DNA from: Pristiophorus japonicus
Taxonomy: Eukaryota
Assembly: GCF_044704955.1 (NCBI RefSeq)
Contig: NC_091984.1
Span: 147,312,001-147,376,000, forward strand
Reading direction: 5' to 3'
DNA length: 64,000 nt
In this document: positions 62,101-64,000 of the stretch, piece after piece
Layout: each line of letters starts with the position of its first letter
Position numbering within the stretch: position 1 is the first letter of the stretch
Translations under genes and position numbers: made by a program
Notes under the pieces: model-generated
Databases searched by the model: none
What the model was told of the DNA's origin: nothing
The model's input: only the letters and a program-made list of their open reading frames with translations

Positions 62101-62965
62101 GCCAACATACCATTTGCCTTCTTCACCGCCTGCTGCACCTGCATGCCAACTTTCAATGACTGATGAACCATGACACCCAGGTCTCGTTGCACCTCCCTTT
62201 TTCATAATCTGCCACCATTCAGATAATACTCTGCCCTCGTGTTTTTGCCACCAAAGTGGATAACCTCACATATATCCACATTATACTGCACGAGCATGCA
62301 TTTGCCCACTCACCCAACCTGTCCAAATCACCCTGCAGCCTCTTAGCATCGTCCTCACAGCCCACACCACCATCCAGTTTAGTGTCATCTGCAAACTTGG
62401 AGGTATTGCACTCAATTTCTTCATCTAAATCGTTAATGTATATTGTAAAGAGCTGGGTCCCAGCACTGAAGCCTGCAGCACTCCATTCGTCACTGCATGC
62501 CATTCTGAAAAGGACCCGTTTATCCCGGCTCTCTGCTTCCTGTCTACCAACCAGTACTCTATCCACGTCAGTACATTATTCCCAATAGCATGCCCTTTGA
62601 TTTTGCACACCAATCTCTTGTGCGGAACCTTGTCAATAGCCTTTTGAATGTCCAAATACACCACATCCACTGGTTCTCCCTTGTCCACTCTGCTAGTTAC
62701 ATCCGCAAAAAATTTCAGAAGGTTTGTCAAGCATGATTTCCCTTTCACAAATCCATGCTGACTTGGTCTGATCCTGTCATTGTTTTCCAACTGCTTTACT
62801 ATTTCATCCTTAATGATTGATTCCAACATTTTCCCCACCACTGATGTCAGGCTAACCGGTCTATAATTAACCGTTTTCTCTCTCCCTCCTTTTGTAAAAA
62901 GTGGTGTTACATTAGCTACCCTCCAGTCCATAGGAATCTTGTGCAGTAACCTTTTATGTGGCAGC
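59175..62965 (-). mobile_element. Further stacked CR1 fragments (tails near 60355 and 61463)
   Basis: RT motifs in the ORF track; taagaacataag and gaaacatagaaacatag tails. Confidence 0.85.
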
Positions 62966-64000
62966 TCATGGGCTCACATCAAAGCACATGGTATTGGGGG
63001 TAATGTACTGACTTGGATAGAGAACTGGTTGGCAGACAGGAAGCAGAGTCGGGATTAACGGGTCCTTTTCAGAAGAGCAAGCAGTGACTAGTGGAGTGCC
63101 GCAGGGTTCAGTGCTGGGACCCCAGCTCTTTACAATATACATTAATGATTTAGATGATGGAATTGAGTGTAATATGTCCAAGTTTGCAGATGACACTAAA
63201 CTGGGTGGCGGAATGAGCTGTGAGGAGAATGCTAAGAGTGATTTGGACAGGTTAGGCGAGTGGGCAAATACATGGCAGATGCAGTATAATGTGGATAAAT
63301 GTTCGGTTATCCATTTTGGGGGCAAAAACATGAAGGCAGAATATTATCTGAATGGCGGCACATTACGAAAAGGGGAGGTGCAGCGAGACTTGGGTGTCAT
63401 GGTTCATCAGTCATTGACGGTTGGCATGTAGGTACAGCGGGCGGTGAAGAAGGCAAATGGTATATTGGCCTTCATAGCAAGGGGATTTGAGTATAAGAGC
63501 AGGGAGGTCTTACTGCAGTTGTATGGGCCTTGGTGAGGCCTCACCTGGAATATTGTGTTCAGTTTTGATCTCCTAATCTGAGGAAGGATGTTCTTGCTGT
63601 TGAGTGAGTGCAGCGAAGGTTCACCAGACTGATTCCAGGGATGGCTGGACTGACATATGAGGAGAGATTGGATCAACTGGCCCTTTGTACACTGGAGTTT
63701 AGAAGGATGAAAGGGGATCTCATAGAAACGTATAAGATTCTGACTGGACTGGACAGGTTAGATGCGGGAAGAATGTTTCCGCTGTTGGGGAAGTCCAGAT
63801 CCAGCGGACACAGTCTTAGGATAAGGGGCAGGCCATTTCGGACTGAGGTGAGGAAAAACTTCTTCACTCAGAGAGTTGTTAACCCGTGGAATTCCCTGCC
63901 GCAGAGAGTTGTTGTTCATTGGATATGTTCAAGAGGGAGTTAGATATGGCCTTTGCAGCTAAAGGGATCAAGGGGTATGGAGAGAAAGCAGGAAAGGGGT
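62966..64000 (+). mobile_element. 5'-truncated CR1 running off the window
   Basis: GVPQGSVLGP, FADD, GIKGYGEKAG end of ORF2. Confidence 0.9.

Overview
Repeat-saturated vertebrate DNA. The HER1/CR1 LINEs with (TTTCTATG)n or (TTCTTATG)n tails, a SacSINE1/Deu-type SINE, L2, RTE and Harbinger remnants point to a cartilaginous fish, probably a shark. No intact host gene is visible; the only host-gene candidates are possible decayed GPCR first exons near 11-13 kb. Main contents: (1) a two-LTR retroelement at 254-9867 with 1.5-kb LTRs, an open gag, a UGA-CUA gag-pol junction, a Ty3-like degenerate RNase H tether plus a second retroviral-type RNase H, and no env (lokiretrovirus/Odin-like architecture); (2) two decayed Gypsy copies and a Gypsy solo LTR; (3) a 5'-deleted class I (epsilon-like) ERV with an A-AAA-AAC -1 frameshift signal and a collapsed env, inserted into a third copy of the 1.5-kb LTR; (4) a full-length CR1 LINE with TATA-bearing 63-bp 5' monomers, plus many nested CR1/L2/RTE fragments; (5) PIF/Harbinger pieces and several minisatellites that arose inside elements. 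The most unusual object is a 592-bp poly(A)-tailed dimeric retroposon at 28714-29305 (minus strand) built from U2 and U1 snRNA pieces. One monomer is joined at U2 nt 38/39, the site used by U2-specific LINEs, which suggests a U2-targeting, self-stacking snRNA-derived SINE system. All alignments were done by eye, and family assignments rest on recalled consensus motifs, not searches.
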